A stretch of 64,000 bases of DNA from Nitrosopumilus sp. (GCA_965197525.1 OZ240211.1:352001-416000), one strand, 5' to 3'; numbered from the stretch's first letter, positions 31,001-42,214 are shown. Numbers and translations: made by a program. The notes: generated by a model not told the origin, from the letters alone.

Positions 31001-31806
31001 TCTAACGCCTTATCAAGCGCATGGTACATTCCAATAGAGCTGTCAAATGTCATGCTGAGGAATTGAACTCCCTTTGCGATCCCAGGACTCGATGTGTGGT
31101 TCAACCCGATGGTAGCTGCTACAATGGATGCGTGGTCACTGAACGGAGGGATGTCAACATTAACGCATCTGGAAACTGTACATACAAATGATTTTAGTAT
31201 CTGGTTCTGTAACATGGGATTATCTATCCCTCCTAATTCTAGGACTGCTACCTTTACACCTGAACCGTCAGGTACAGTTTTGGATATATTGTTCATGATA
31301 TCGTCAGGCGTGGCGTTTATCGTCTGGCGCGCAGTTTCGATGGTAGAGAAGACTTCTTGTCTGCCGTCACCGATGGCGTATACCTCGTCGTGAAGTGAAA
31401 AGTCAAGTATCTGCTTGATCGGGACAGATGCGGTGACGTATATGAGTGATTCTGCGGCGCGTATGTTAACTGCCCCTACTTTTTTCAGTTTTTTCACTAC
31501 CGAGTTCTTTTGCTCTTCTGCAATGTCGTTTCCCAGGGCATCATATCGTGCCACAACTATCACGATGTCATAGTATCCAGCAATCGTGCTGCTGCGTGGG
31601 CCGTGTCCAAAGTATGGCAATTCAAGATCCTGTACCTTCTCATAAAACTGGTCATCAAACTTTTCTGGTATGCCAGACGTAACGTCTTTGTCCATGACTG
31701 TAGTATCCAATGGGCCTGTGGCCCCAAACGAGTTTGGAAGTACGATAGCTGTCAGAATCATGGCGGTAAAAACCACAATATAGGCCGCATGTTTGGTGCT
31801 AATCAT
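22044..31806 (-). CDS. Giant secreted protein B (~3250 aa if repaired): signal peptide, S8 subtilase, 7 PKD domains, 8 Ig/P-domain modules, DUF5011-like Ig domain; several frameshifts
   Basis: ORFs 29389..31806, 28912..29349, 25820..28876 and 22044..25811 join at damaged repeat copies; S8 motifs VAVLELG / DHASIVAA / VGNDG / SGTSLSTPIVSG; PVITLTDSTVDTTLGTPYVDAGATCIDNTDGDIS. Confidence 0.75.
22050..28110 (-). repeat. Array of 8 Ig/P-domain modules (6 near-identical at ~735 nt period, 2 divergent flanking a DUF5011-like domain)
   Basis: Blocks at 26187 and 26922 are 735 nt apart; divergent pair carries DITHTWRGDLLVQLVSPD. Confidence 0.9.
28135..29690 (-). repeat. Six tandem 264-nt PKD-domain repeats, some with internal deletions
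   Basis: 88-aa unit ANAGPDQTVALGASVTLDGSGS...TVTITIPATPS; spacings of 264, 527 (two units), 235 and 263 nt. Confidence 0.9.
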
Positions 31807-31965
31807 TCTGGCACTATATCCTCCTCAATGTATTTGCTTGACGAATGTGGTGCGCGGTGTTTTTCGTAATTCGATCATCCTCGTAAGTAGCGCAGACATC
31901 ATTCAAGTCAAGTTTTAGGTGCTGCTGGTGCGTGTTTGTTGTGCTTGCAGGATCAGTCAAATCCA

Positions 31966-34900
31966 TCATGATGCAGTGGTGTCAACAGGTACAGTACTGA
32001 CCGTGTAGGTGTGGTCCACTCCTGTAGGTGTAGTGTCAGTAAGTGGATTGCTTGCCTCATCTGTTATACCGTGTCCTGACGATACCAGATCAAGGTTGTA
32101 TGTGCCGTCCTGAGTTGCAGAGACTGTCACGTAATACATATTGCCAGAACCTGAGATCGATGTTACAGGGTTTGACGTATCGCTGTTACTACCAGGATTG
32201 ATCGTAAGCGTCCAGCTGTTCAGGGTGCCGTCATCGGCAGCTGCATAGTTGTCGTTTATCTGTAAAGTCCAGGTGCCTGCAATGGAGACGCCTGCAAAGT
32301 CTGGTGTGTATGTCTGGTCTATGTCATTGGCGCTGCCTCCAGAGCGGTTGTGAACGGTCTTGGTTGTACCATCAGGTGCAATAAGATCTATCTTGAGGTC
32401 GCCTTTGTATGTGTGGGAGACGTCGACTGCAAGCGAGACTGACGTAACAGTACCAGAGTCTGGGACTGTGATGGTATCTGTTATGGTGTTAGCTGCAGTT
32501 ATGGCAATGGCAGGAGAACGTGTATGTGTGAACTGGGCAGAGCTTGATCCGCCCGTGCTGTCAGAAGACAGGGCAAAGTCAGTTGTATCCACGCCGGTTA
32601 CATCCTCGCTGAATGTCACCTCGTAGACTAGCGTCTGGCTGTCCGTGTTTTCTGTAGCTGGACTAGACCGCTCAATTGATGATAGTGTTGGTGCAGTGGT
32701 GTCAGCAGTGGTGTCAGCAGGTACAGTATTGACGGTATACGTCTCGTCAGTACCTGTGGTTGGAATCACGTTTGTTAGTGGATTATTTGATTCGTCTTCG
32801 ATGCCGTGTCCTGACGATATCAGATCAAGGTTATATGTGCCGTCCTGTGTGGCCGAAACCGTTACTTGGTACGTGTCGCCAGAACCTGAGATCGATGTTA
32901 CGGGGTTGGACGTATCACTACTACTACTACCAGGATTGATCGTAAGCGTCCAGCTGTTCAGGGTGCCGTCATCGGCAGCTGCATAGTTGTCGTTTATCTG
33001 TAAAGTCCAGGTGCCTGCAATGGAGACGCCTGCAAAGTCTGGTGTGTATGTCTGGTCTATGTCATTGGCGCTGCCTCCAGAGCGGTTGTGAACGGTCTTG
33101 GTTGTACCATCAGGTGCAATAAGATCTATCTTGAGGTCGCCTTTGTATGTGTGGGAGACGTCGACTGCAAGCGAGACTGACGTAACAGTACCAGAGTCTG
33201 GGACTGTGATGGTATCTGTTATGGTGTTAGCAGCAGTTATGGCAATGGCAGGAGAACGTGTCTGTGTGAACTGGGCAGAGCTTGATCCGCCCGTGCTGTC
33301 AGAAGACAGGGCAAAGTCTACCGAATCCACGCCGGTTACATCCTCGCTGAATGTCACCTCGTAGACTAGCGTCTGGCTGTCCGTGTTTTCTGTAGCTGGA
33401 CTAGACCGCTCAATTGATGATAGTGTTGGTGCAGTGGTGTCAGCAGGTACAGTATTGACGGTATACGTCTCGTCAGTACCTGTGGTTGGAATCACGTTTG
33501 TTAGTGGATTATTTGATTCGTCTTCGATGCCGTGTCCTGACGATATCAGATCAAGGTTATATGTGCCGTCCTGTGTGGCCGAAACCGTTACTTGGTACGT
33601 GTCGCCAGAACCTGAGATCGATGTTACGGGGTTGGACGTATCACTACTACTACCAGGATTGATCGTAAGCGTCCAGCTGTTCAGGGTGCCGTCATCGGCA
33701 GCTGCATAGTTGTCGTTTATCTGTAAAGTCCAGGTGCCTGCAATGGAGACGCCTGCAAAGTCTGGTGTGTATGTCTGGTCTATGTCATTGGCGCTGCCTC
33801 CAGAGCGGTTGTGAACGGTCTTGGTTGTACCATCAGGTGCAATAAGATCTATCTTGAGGTCGCCTTTGTATGTGTGGGAGACGTCGACTGCAAGCGAGAC
33901 TGACGTAACAGTACCAGAGTCTGGGACTGTGATGGTATCTGTTATGGTGTTAGCTGCAGTTATGGCAATGGCAGGAGAACGTGTCTGTGTGAACTGGGCA
34001 GAGCTTGATCCGCCCGTGCTGTCAGAAGACAGGGCAAAGTCTACCGAATCCACGCCGGTTACATCCTCGCTGAATGTCACCTCGTAGACTAGCGTCTGGC
34101 TGTCCGTGTTTTCTGTAGCTGGACTGGACCGCTCAATTGATGATAGTGTTGGTGCAGTGGTGTCAGCAGTGGTGTCAGCAGGTACAGTATTGACGGTATA
34201 CGTCTCGTCAGTACCTGTGGTTGGAATCACGTTTGTTAGTGGATTATTTGATTCGTCTTCGATGCCGTGTCCTGACGATATCAGATCAAGGTTATACGTG
34301 CCGTCCTGTGTGGCCGAAACCGTTACTTGGTACGTGTCGCCAGAACCTGAGATCGATGTTACGGGGTTGGACGTATCACTACTACTATACTACCAGGATT
34401 GATCGTAAGCGTCCAGCTGTTCAGGGTGCCGTCATCGGCAGCTGCATAGTTGTCGTTTATCTGTAAAGTCCAGGTGCCTGCAATGGAGACGCCTGCAAAG
34501 TCTGGTGTGTATGTCTGGTCTATGTCATTGGCGCTGCCTCCAGAGCGGTTGTGAACGGTCTTGGTTGTACCATCAGGTGCAATAAGATCTATCTTGAGGT
34601 CGCCTTTGTATGTGTGGGAGACGTCGACTGCAAGCGAGACTGACGTAACAGTACCAGAGTCTGGGACTGTGATGGTATCTGTTATGGTGTTAGCTGCAGT
34701 TATGGCAATGGCAGGAGAACGTGTCTGTGTGAACTGGGCAGAGCTTGATCCGCCCGTGCTGTCAGAAGACAGGGCAAAGTCTACCGAATCCACGCCGGTT
34801 ACATCCTCGCTGAATGTCACCTCGTAGACTAGCGTCTGGCTGTCCGTGTTTTCTGTAGCTGGACTAGACAGCTCAATTGATGATAGTGTTGGTGCAGTGG

Positions 34901-37829
34901 TGTCAGCAGTGGTGTCAGCAGGTACAGTATTGACGGTATACGTCTCGTCAGTACCTGTGGTTGGAATCACGTTTGTTAGTGGATTATTTGATTCGTCTTC
35001 GATGCCGTGTCCTGACGATATCAGATCAAGGTTATACGTGCCGTCCTGTGTGGCCGAAACCGTTACTTGGTACGTGTCGCCAGAACCTGAGATCGATGTT
35101 ACGGGGTTGGACGTATCACTACTACTACTACTACCAGGATTGATCGTAAGCGTCCAGCTGTTCAGGGTGCCGTCATCGGCAGCTGCATAGTTGTCGTTTA
35201 TCTGTAAAGTCCAGGTGCCTGCAATGGAGACGCCTGCAAAGTCTGGTGTGTATGTCTGGTCTATGTCATTGGCGCTGCCTCCAGAGCGGTTGTGAACGGT
35301 CTTGGTTGTACCATCAGGTGCAATAAGATCTATCTTGAGGTCGCCTTTGTATGTGTGGGAGACGTCGACTGCAAGCGAGACTGACGTAACAGTGCCAGAA
35401 TCTGGGACTGTGATGGTATCTGTTATGGTGTTAGCAGCAGTTATGGCAATGGCAGGAGAACGTGTCTGTGTGAACTGGGCAGAGCTTGATCCGCCCGTGC
35501 TGTCAGAAGACAGGGCAAAGTCAGTTGTATCCACCCCGGTTACATCCTCGCTGAATGTAACTGAAAAGTCAAGGCTGGTTTCAGACGTGGTTTCAGTTGT
35601 AGGTGAGTTTCTAGTTATGGATATCAATGAGGGAGAGATAGCGTCAATCGTGTAGGTTTCATCAGGGTCAGGACTGGTATCAGTTAGTGCAATACCTGTA
35701 GAATCAAGGATGTCATGGTTGTTTGATATAAGATCCAATCCTATTGTACCACTGTTTGATGTTACATCTACTGTGACGGTGTAACTAGAATCAGAACCTG
35801 AGATGTCAGATACAGAACCTGTACCGGTGCCTGATACGGCAAAGTCAGATGTATCAACTCCAGTCACTGATTCGCTAAAGGCGACTGCAAATTCAAGTGA
35901 TGCAAGGGAGGTTAGTTCTGATGTAGGTGAGCTTCTGGTTATGGATGTCAACGAGGGGGCTGTAGTATCAATGGCGAATATAACTGTGTTTGAGACCAAG
36001 TTCTTGTTTTGTGCAAGATCGTCTACAGAGTCAGCAGGAATGAATATGGTAAATGTGTCAGCCGTTATTTCGCTTACGGTGAACTCGAATGTTTGATCAT
36101 TATCAATAGTGCCAAGATTAGAGACAGTGCCACTGGATACAACTATATCAGAGTCAGTAAACGTCGTAGAGTTTATCGATCCTCCAAAATCTACTGTAAA
36201 TGATAGGATCTGTTTTGAAGTGGGAGATGAAACATCAGTAGTAATTAGTGGTGTGAGTGATGAGATAGCGCTTACTGAAAATAATTCATCGGTGTTAAAG
36301 GTGGTGTCTGTCAGAACGCCAGATACAATTACTTGTATCATACGGTGATTATTGCCATTCTCAAAGACAGAGTTACCAGCTGCAGTCACAGTAACCTCAT
36401 ACACACCTGCATTAGTTGGTGCTTCCTTGAATGCCAGAGTGTCAGAACCAGACACTATCTCAAACAATGTAGAGTTACCACCTGTTCCAATTGCATATGT
36501 TGGGTTTTGTACTGCAAGTGCATCATTCTGTGGCGTTATATCAATGACGTTAAGTGAATCAGTATAAGAAAAGTCTACAGAATCCGGTGTAATGTACCAT
36601 GGGCCCAAGTTCTGGTCAAAGGCAATAGTGTAGTCGAACATGTCAAACATGGTGGTAACTGAGGAGACATCCCAGTTGGAGATATCACTGTTAAATGCGT
36701 TGGCACCGTCAAACATGTTGGACATGTCGCTAACTGAGGAGGTGTTCCAGGTAGAGATATCACCGTTAAATTTGAGGGCATCTTGGAACATCTCAAACAT
36801 GTTGGTAACAGACGAGGTGTCCCAGTTAGAGAGGTCTCCGTTAAACACTCTGGCATATTCGAACATGAATGACATGTTGGTAACAGACGAGGTGTTCCAG
36901 TTAGAGAGGTCTCCGTTAAATTCGTGGGTATTGACAAACATCTCAGACATGGTGGTAACAGACGAGGTGTTCCAGTTGGAGATATCACCGTTAAATTCGT
37001 GGGTATTGGCAAACATGGCAAGCATGCCTGTAACAGACGATGTGTTCCAAGTAGAGAGGTCTCCGTTAAACACTCTGGCACTGTTGAACATGTTTGACAT
37101 GTTGGTAACAGACGAGGTGTCCCAGTCAGAGATATCACCGTTAAATTGTTTGGCATGGAAGAACATCTCAAACATGTTGGTAACAGACGTGGTGTTCCAG
37201 TTAGAGAGGTCTCCGTTAAATTGGCTTGCAAAGCGGAACATGTTTGACATGTTGGTAACAGACGATGTGTCCCAATCAGAGAGGTCTCCGTTAAATTGTT
37301 TGGCATAACGGAACATGCCAGACATGTCAGTAACCTGTGACAGATCAGGTGCATCAGTGGCGTGGTAAGTCATCTGACTTGCACCGCGGAATGCATTCTT
37401 CATAGTAGACCACTGGATGTCCCCCCATTGGTTAATTGAGTGAAGTAATGTAGGTGTGGAGCCATTGCCGTCAAGATTTATCCGCGACAGGTCGCCAGTC
37501 ATGGTAACACGATAAGAGGCAGGTGTAGTGTATGTGTGTGTGACTGGGCCGTTAGAATTTACCGTGCTTGTGTCACCATCACCCCAATCTATAGTCAAAG
37601 TTCCTGCTGAATGTATCTTTACAGGTATACGTATCTCTTGGTTGATCCCAGTCGTAACCCACGTAGTCAGAAATGGATCATCATATGTTTGTGTTTGCGC
37701 GTAGGCATATATTGGAATTTCTGTGTATACAGTATCGTGTAATGAATCTAACTTGTCCACTAAAAACATGTCCAGTTGTGTTGCAGTCAACATACTGACA
37801 GATATCAAAAGTATAATGCTTAGAATCAT
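31966..37829 (-). CDS. Giant secreted protein C (~1950 aa): leader, BspA/DUF285 repeats, Ig-like domains, 5 Ig/P-domain modules; 1-nt frameshift at ~34387
   Basis: ORFs 34359..37931 and 31966..34230 join at a damaged (ACT)n tract; DPFLTTW...IDWGDG cap and FNGDLSNWxTSSVTNMxxMF repeats; ATG 37829 precedes the hydrophobic leader. Confidence 0.8.
31990..35600 (-). repeat. Array of 5 Ig/P-domain modules (723-740 nt period)
   Basis: Blocks at 32360, 33098, 33821, 34561 and 35302. Confidence 0.93.
36600..37340 (-). repeat. Nine to ten 75-nt BspA/DUF285 repeats
   Basis: 25-aa period FNGD[LI]SxW[ND]TSSVTxMxxMFxxAxx. Confidence 0.92.
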
Positions 37830-37940
37830 TGTTCTATATTGTGAGTATCTGCAGAGGTTGAGATATTTGGTAATGCCGCGTGGTGTACGTTCTTCTATTG
37901 CCGACAATATGTGCAACATTCCACTCTCCACCTAATCTCT

Positions 37941-37954
37941 CCCCCCCCCCCCCC
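37941..37954 (-). repeat. G14 homopolymer upstream of gene C
   Basis: Fourteen C on + strand, 112 nt upstream of ATG 37829. Confidence 0.9.
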
Positions 37955-38459
37955 ACAACAGCATTCTTCAGACTAGCTAAAACTATAGTCAATATTGCAG
38001 TCAGAGAGGAGTTTGAGAATTGGATGTCACGTATACAGAATCTGTTTTTATTGTTCTTGTAAATGCACTTGCCAGTACTGCTACTATTATTATTAATATA
38101 ATTTGATTTTTTACCATTATTTTGTAGACAACAATACGGTAATTGACTGGAGGTTTCTTTATCGTATTTTTGACAACTTGAAGTTTTACCAAATACTTTG
38201 TCTTGATTGGGATCAGTAACGACACTACTTGAAAGAATTATAAAAGTCACATAGAATGTTAAAAACAGTCATCATATAACAAAGAGGTCATCTAAACTAG
38301 TCTTAGGCTAGTAAGTACACATTAGAGATTATTGGCAGTATTGGACAAAAAGCTGTTCATTTTGCAATCAAAATGACATTATGCAATAATCACTACTAGA
38401 TCTTTAATCTGAACAGGTTTTTATCATGTGTAAAAAACTTGAAACCAAAAGTTCATCAA

Positions 38460-38725
38460 GGTCGGGGATTCCTGCCAACATATCTCATCACATCAAGCTT
38501 TGGTTCCTATGTCCTGATGTCTTAAAATAACACGTGACGCATATTTTCAAACGTAGCATAATATTCTGACACTAGTGTCATGTTTTGCCTGATGCCAATA
38601 TTTCTCAATGGCACTAATCTCTGGCAGTTGGCAGGTATAACATCCTCATATCCTTGTTTTGGGATACAAAATCAGCAAGTATTCACGTCCACTCTTGATT
38701 TGTGTTTATGTGAAGATCGATGTGG
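38460..38725 (-). pseudogene. Degraded IS630-family transposase C-terminal fragment
   Basis: Frames pieced by hand: DFVSQNKDMRMLYLPT / SAIEKYWHQAKHD / LVSEYYATFENMRHVL / KLDVMRYVGRNP, like the IS630 YLP...IExxW region, with stops and shifts. Confidence 0.55.
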
Positions 38726-38956
38726 ATTGCAGTTAGGCACGGATTAAGAGATGACATGAACAATTATCAAAATCATTTACTATAGATGCAGTTTTTTTAA
38801 GATCTTCTGGTTTTGTGTCCATACATAAGTTTAGTATGATGTGACCAATACGGTTTGTAGTCCAGTAAAATTTACATACCGATAAACTTTTGATTATCAG
38901 TATACAAATTGATGCTAGGTGCTGTGATCCCATGTATATTAAAAATTAAAGACATG

Positions 38957-39031
38957 CTAACTAAATAATAAGATTAAACCAACAGCCAAGGCAGATACTG
39001 AAATTCCCATCCAGATATAGAATTTTGCCAT
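38957..39031 (-). CDS. 24-aa hydrophobic micropeptide
   Basis: MAKFYIWMGISVSALAVGLILLFS, a single TM-like helix; below the ORF-track cutoff. Confidence 0.4.
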   Translation of the reverse strand: MAKFYIWMGISVSALAVGLILLFS

Positions 39032-39685
39032 CAATACAATTTATTGAAGACGCCAGAATTAATAGTTTAGCCCTAGTTTTCGCAAAACTATTTAATAGAA
39101 ATACTGAATTATTTATTTCGATTTAATACATGACTATACGATAATCTACTTTTGTTTTTTCAAATTATGCAAATTCGTTTTAACAATTAACTAGATATGT
39201 TTTCTGAATCCAAATGATAGTATTGGTATGATGATGTTGAAAACATTATTACACATAAAAAAAGCTCATCCAGATAAAGATGTGAAACATCTATGGGGAT
39301 TATCTTCGGGAAGCATGATGAATGTTATCAGCTAGACTTGATTGTTTTGGGCATTTATTTCTGATATCTTGGAGATTATCATCTCTTCAAGTTATTGTAG
39401 GAGAGACATATGCGATGAACTCGTATCAGTTACATCAAACCTGCGATCCAAGTATTTGAATAGTTGGATTTAACGTATCAAAAGATAAACATCAAGCATA
39501 TACTAGTCAATATATTAGAAGAAGGGTAAACTATTTACAAGATCTTATGTTTGTGGAATAGAGGGATATTGCAAGCCAAAAGAGTACAAACACATTTGTA
39601 TACTATAACAGATTCCAACAATTACATTTTTGGGAAACTATCTGTCAATCGTACCATCATTAGTATCAAAAATATAAAATGTGAT

Positions 39686-41596
39686 ATGAATACGGTAGGA
39701 ACTCTGTCACTTTTTGCGATACTTGTGACATGTGCCGGCATCACATATCATGACTACCAGACAGACTCATTACTCAATACATATATGAAATCTCTAATAG
39801 TGCACATGGTAAGCGCATATGACGTGTACTCTGTACAGATAACAACACTGATGCACTCAGGACTAGTAATAGTAGGACCAAATCCTGCATTCGCTGCACA
39901 GGGTACGGACATAGTCACGGTAACAGACATCCACAACGGTAACGGTTTTGAAATGGGCGGTCCGTGGGATGTGACAACATACAAAGATGACACAGGGAAC
40001 ATCTATGCCGTGGTGCTAGCCCGCATGGCAGATGCAGTTCAGATCATCGACATTACAGATCCTGCAAATCCGTCTGTGGTATCGACTCTTCGGGACAACG
40101 ATGAACTTGCCCTCGACGACCCGGTAGCCATTGCAATATATGACTATGATGGCATAGTCTATGCACTGATAGCAGCACACAATGGCAATGCATTTCAGAT
40201 CATCGACATTACAGATCCTGCAAATCCGTCTGTGGTAGTCACACTTGAAGACAACGACGATTTCGGACTTGATGGGCCGTTGGGATTTTCGATTTATGAG
40301 GATCATGGCAGTGAGAACGTCTACGCCATAATCGCAGTTCACTTTAGCGATGTGGTACATATAGTTGACATTACAGATCCTGCAAATCCGTCTGTGGTTA
40401 CCAGTATTAAAGACGGAGGAGATTTTGCACTTGATGGTCCCGGAGGAGTGGCAGTATACAACTATTATGATGATCACAGTAGTGATACTGCAATATATGC
40501 CATAGTCATAGTATACGATACTGATGCAATCCAGATCATCGACATTACAGACCCGATCCATCCGTCTGCAGTGACCACAATTTGGAACGGAGATAATGAT
40601 GGTAATGATGAAGAGTTTACACTTGACAAACCATGGGGAGTTGTAATGCACGAGGATTTAGATTCGGCTTTTGCCATAGTTATGACACAGAGGGGCAGCA
40701 CGATACAGATCATCGATGTTACTGATCCCATCAATCCTTTCGTAGCTGTGACCCTTAGAGGTGATGAAGGCTTTGAGGTTGCCACACCTGTCAGCTTTGA
40801 GATATATGAAGATGGCAACAGGACCTATGCTATGATCACATCGCTAGTTAACAGCACGGTTCAGATAGTTGATATCACTGATCCAATCAATCCATCAATA
40901 GTATCCACCCTTCAAAATGAAGATGGTTTTGATATAAAAGGTCCAGCCGGAGTTGCAATATATGAAGACAGTAACAACAACGGCACCCATGCCGTGATAA
41001 CAGGATTCGCTAGCAACACAACCAAGATCGTCCAGATTGGTGCAACAGGTATGATGATGACGGAATCATCGTCATTTGTGGAGGAGGGCTCGTTAAATGA
41101 TAATGAATCTCAGGAGATGCTAGTACAAGACATGGTAGAGGAAGAGGGGGAGAAGGAAAAGATGTTAAAAGACAATGACAACAAAGGCGGCGGATGCCTC
41201 ATTGCAACTGCAGCTTATGGAACAGAGATGGCACCACAAATCCAAGAATTAAGAGGAATTAGAGACAACATCATTTTAACCACAGAGTCAGGATCCGTAT
41301 TCATGCAAGAGTTCAACCGCGTATACTATTCATTCTCACCTACAATTGCAGACATGCAAAGACAGAGCTATACGTTTAACATGGCAATAAACATACTCAT
41401 CTTACCAATGATAAGCACGTTATCCATAATGACGTTGGCAGATGATGGTGATAATAGTTCCGAGTATGCAGTAATCAGTCTAGGAGTACTAGTAGTGGCA
41501 TTGAATCTAGGTCTGTATGTGGGGTTGCCCGTATTTACAGGACTTTGGATACGTAAACGTATACAGCAGCAGCAGCGTGTAATCAAACGACGATAA
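39686..41596 (+). CDS. Surface protein with 7 LVIVD-type repeats and C-terminal CFI-box-CTERM/TM anchor
   Basis: Seven QIIDITDP-type repeats; GGGCLIATAAYGTEMAPQIQELRGIRD...YYSFSP, then a TM helix and basic tail. Confidence 0.88.
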   Translation: MNTVGTLSLFAILVTCAGITYHDYQTDSLLNTYMKSLIVHMVSAYDVYSVQITTLMHSGLVIVGPNPAFAAQGTDIVTVTDIHNGNGFEMGGPWDVTTYKDDTGNIYAVVLARMADAVQIIDITDPANPSVVSTLRDNDELALDDPVAIAIYDYDGIVYALIAAHNGNAFQIIDITDPANPSVVVTLEDNDDFGLDGPLGFSIYEDHGSENVYAIIAVHFSDVVHIVDITDPANPSVVTSIKDGGDFALDGPGGVAVYNYYDDHSSDTAIYAIVIVYDTDAIQIIDITDPIHPSAVTTIWNGDNDGNDEEFTLDKPWGVVMHEDLDSAFAIVMTQRGSTIQIIDVTDPINPFVAVTLRGDEGFEVATPVSFEIYEDGNRTYAMITSLVNSTVQIVDITDPINPSIVSTLQNEDGFDIKGPAGVAIYEDSNNNGTHAVITGFASNTTKIVQIGATGMMMTESSSFVEEGSLNDNESQEMLVQDMVEEEGEKEKMLKDNDNKGGGCLIATAAYGTEMAPQIQELRGIRDNIILTTESGSVFMQEFNRVYYSFSPTIADMQRQSYTFNMAINILILPMISTLSIMTLADDGDNSSEYAVISLGVLVVALNLGLYVGLPVFTGLWIRKRIQQQQRVIKRR

Positions 41597-41677
41597 TAAT
41601 GATAACACAATAGTACAAACCGCTAGTACCAATAAAAAAAGAATGATTTTATTTGAATAGCACATACAGACAATAAG

Positions 41678-42214
41678 ATGACGCAAGATAACGTTGTGAA
41701 TTGGACACAGGATACTCATCTAACCTGGTCGGATTTCAAAGCAGAATCAAATCCTTCAGTCTTTGAAGACACGTATAGCGTCATAAAATACAGATTCACA
41801 TGGACGGTAAACTCAGAAGAGATAGACGATCAGATTATGTTTGTAATTGAGGATATTTGCATTTTTACAGAGTTCTACCCCTTTTTATCGTGGATCAGAT
41901 ATTCAGAACCAGATGAAGAGTTGCTAAAACATGAACAAGGGGTTTTTGATCTAGCAGAGCTAGTAAAACAAGAGAATATTGAAGCGATGCAAGAAAGGTT
42001 TTATCACAAATACTTTCAGACAAGAGGTCAAAATCAGGAACAGCGAAAGCAGTTTGCCAAAGAGGATTCTGGGAACATGATTGCAAAGCAAGTAGAGCGT
42101 TTAGAGGAATCATTCAAACAGAGACGCAAGACATATCAAACTGAAACAAATTTTGGGCAAAATCGGACACCGCAGTCAGAGCATGATGCTATTTTTCAGC
42201 AGTTGCGGTCATAG
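41678..42214 (+). CDS. DUF922-like protein (putative Zn-peptidase fold)
   Basis: LTWSDFK and LLKHEQGVFDLAEL resemble the DUF922 LxWxDF and HEQxHFD motifs. Confidence 0.6.
   Translation: MTQDNVVNWTQDTHLTWSDFKAESNPSVFEDTYSVIKYRFTWTVNSEEIDDQIMFVIEDICIFTEFYPFLSWIRYSEPDEELLKHEQGVFDLAELVKQENIEAMQERFYHKYFQTRGQNQEQRKQFAKEDSGNMIAKQVERLEESFKQRRKTYQTETNFGQNRTPQSEHDAIFQQLRS

Noticed and set aside
36575-37354. 259-aa and 222-aa ORFs over the BspA repeats
   Set aside because: Alternative-frame and antisense shadows of the 75-nt repeat.
37834-38250. 138-aa ORF crossing the G14 tract as a frameshift-switched N-terminus of gene C
   Set aside because: A TAG lies immediately before the GTG at 37931 in the gene C frame, so no tract length gives a fusion.
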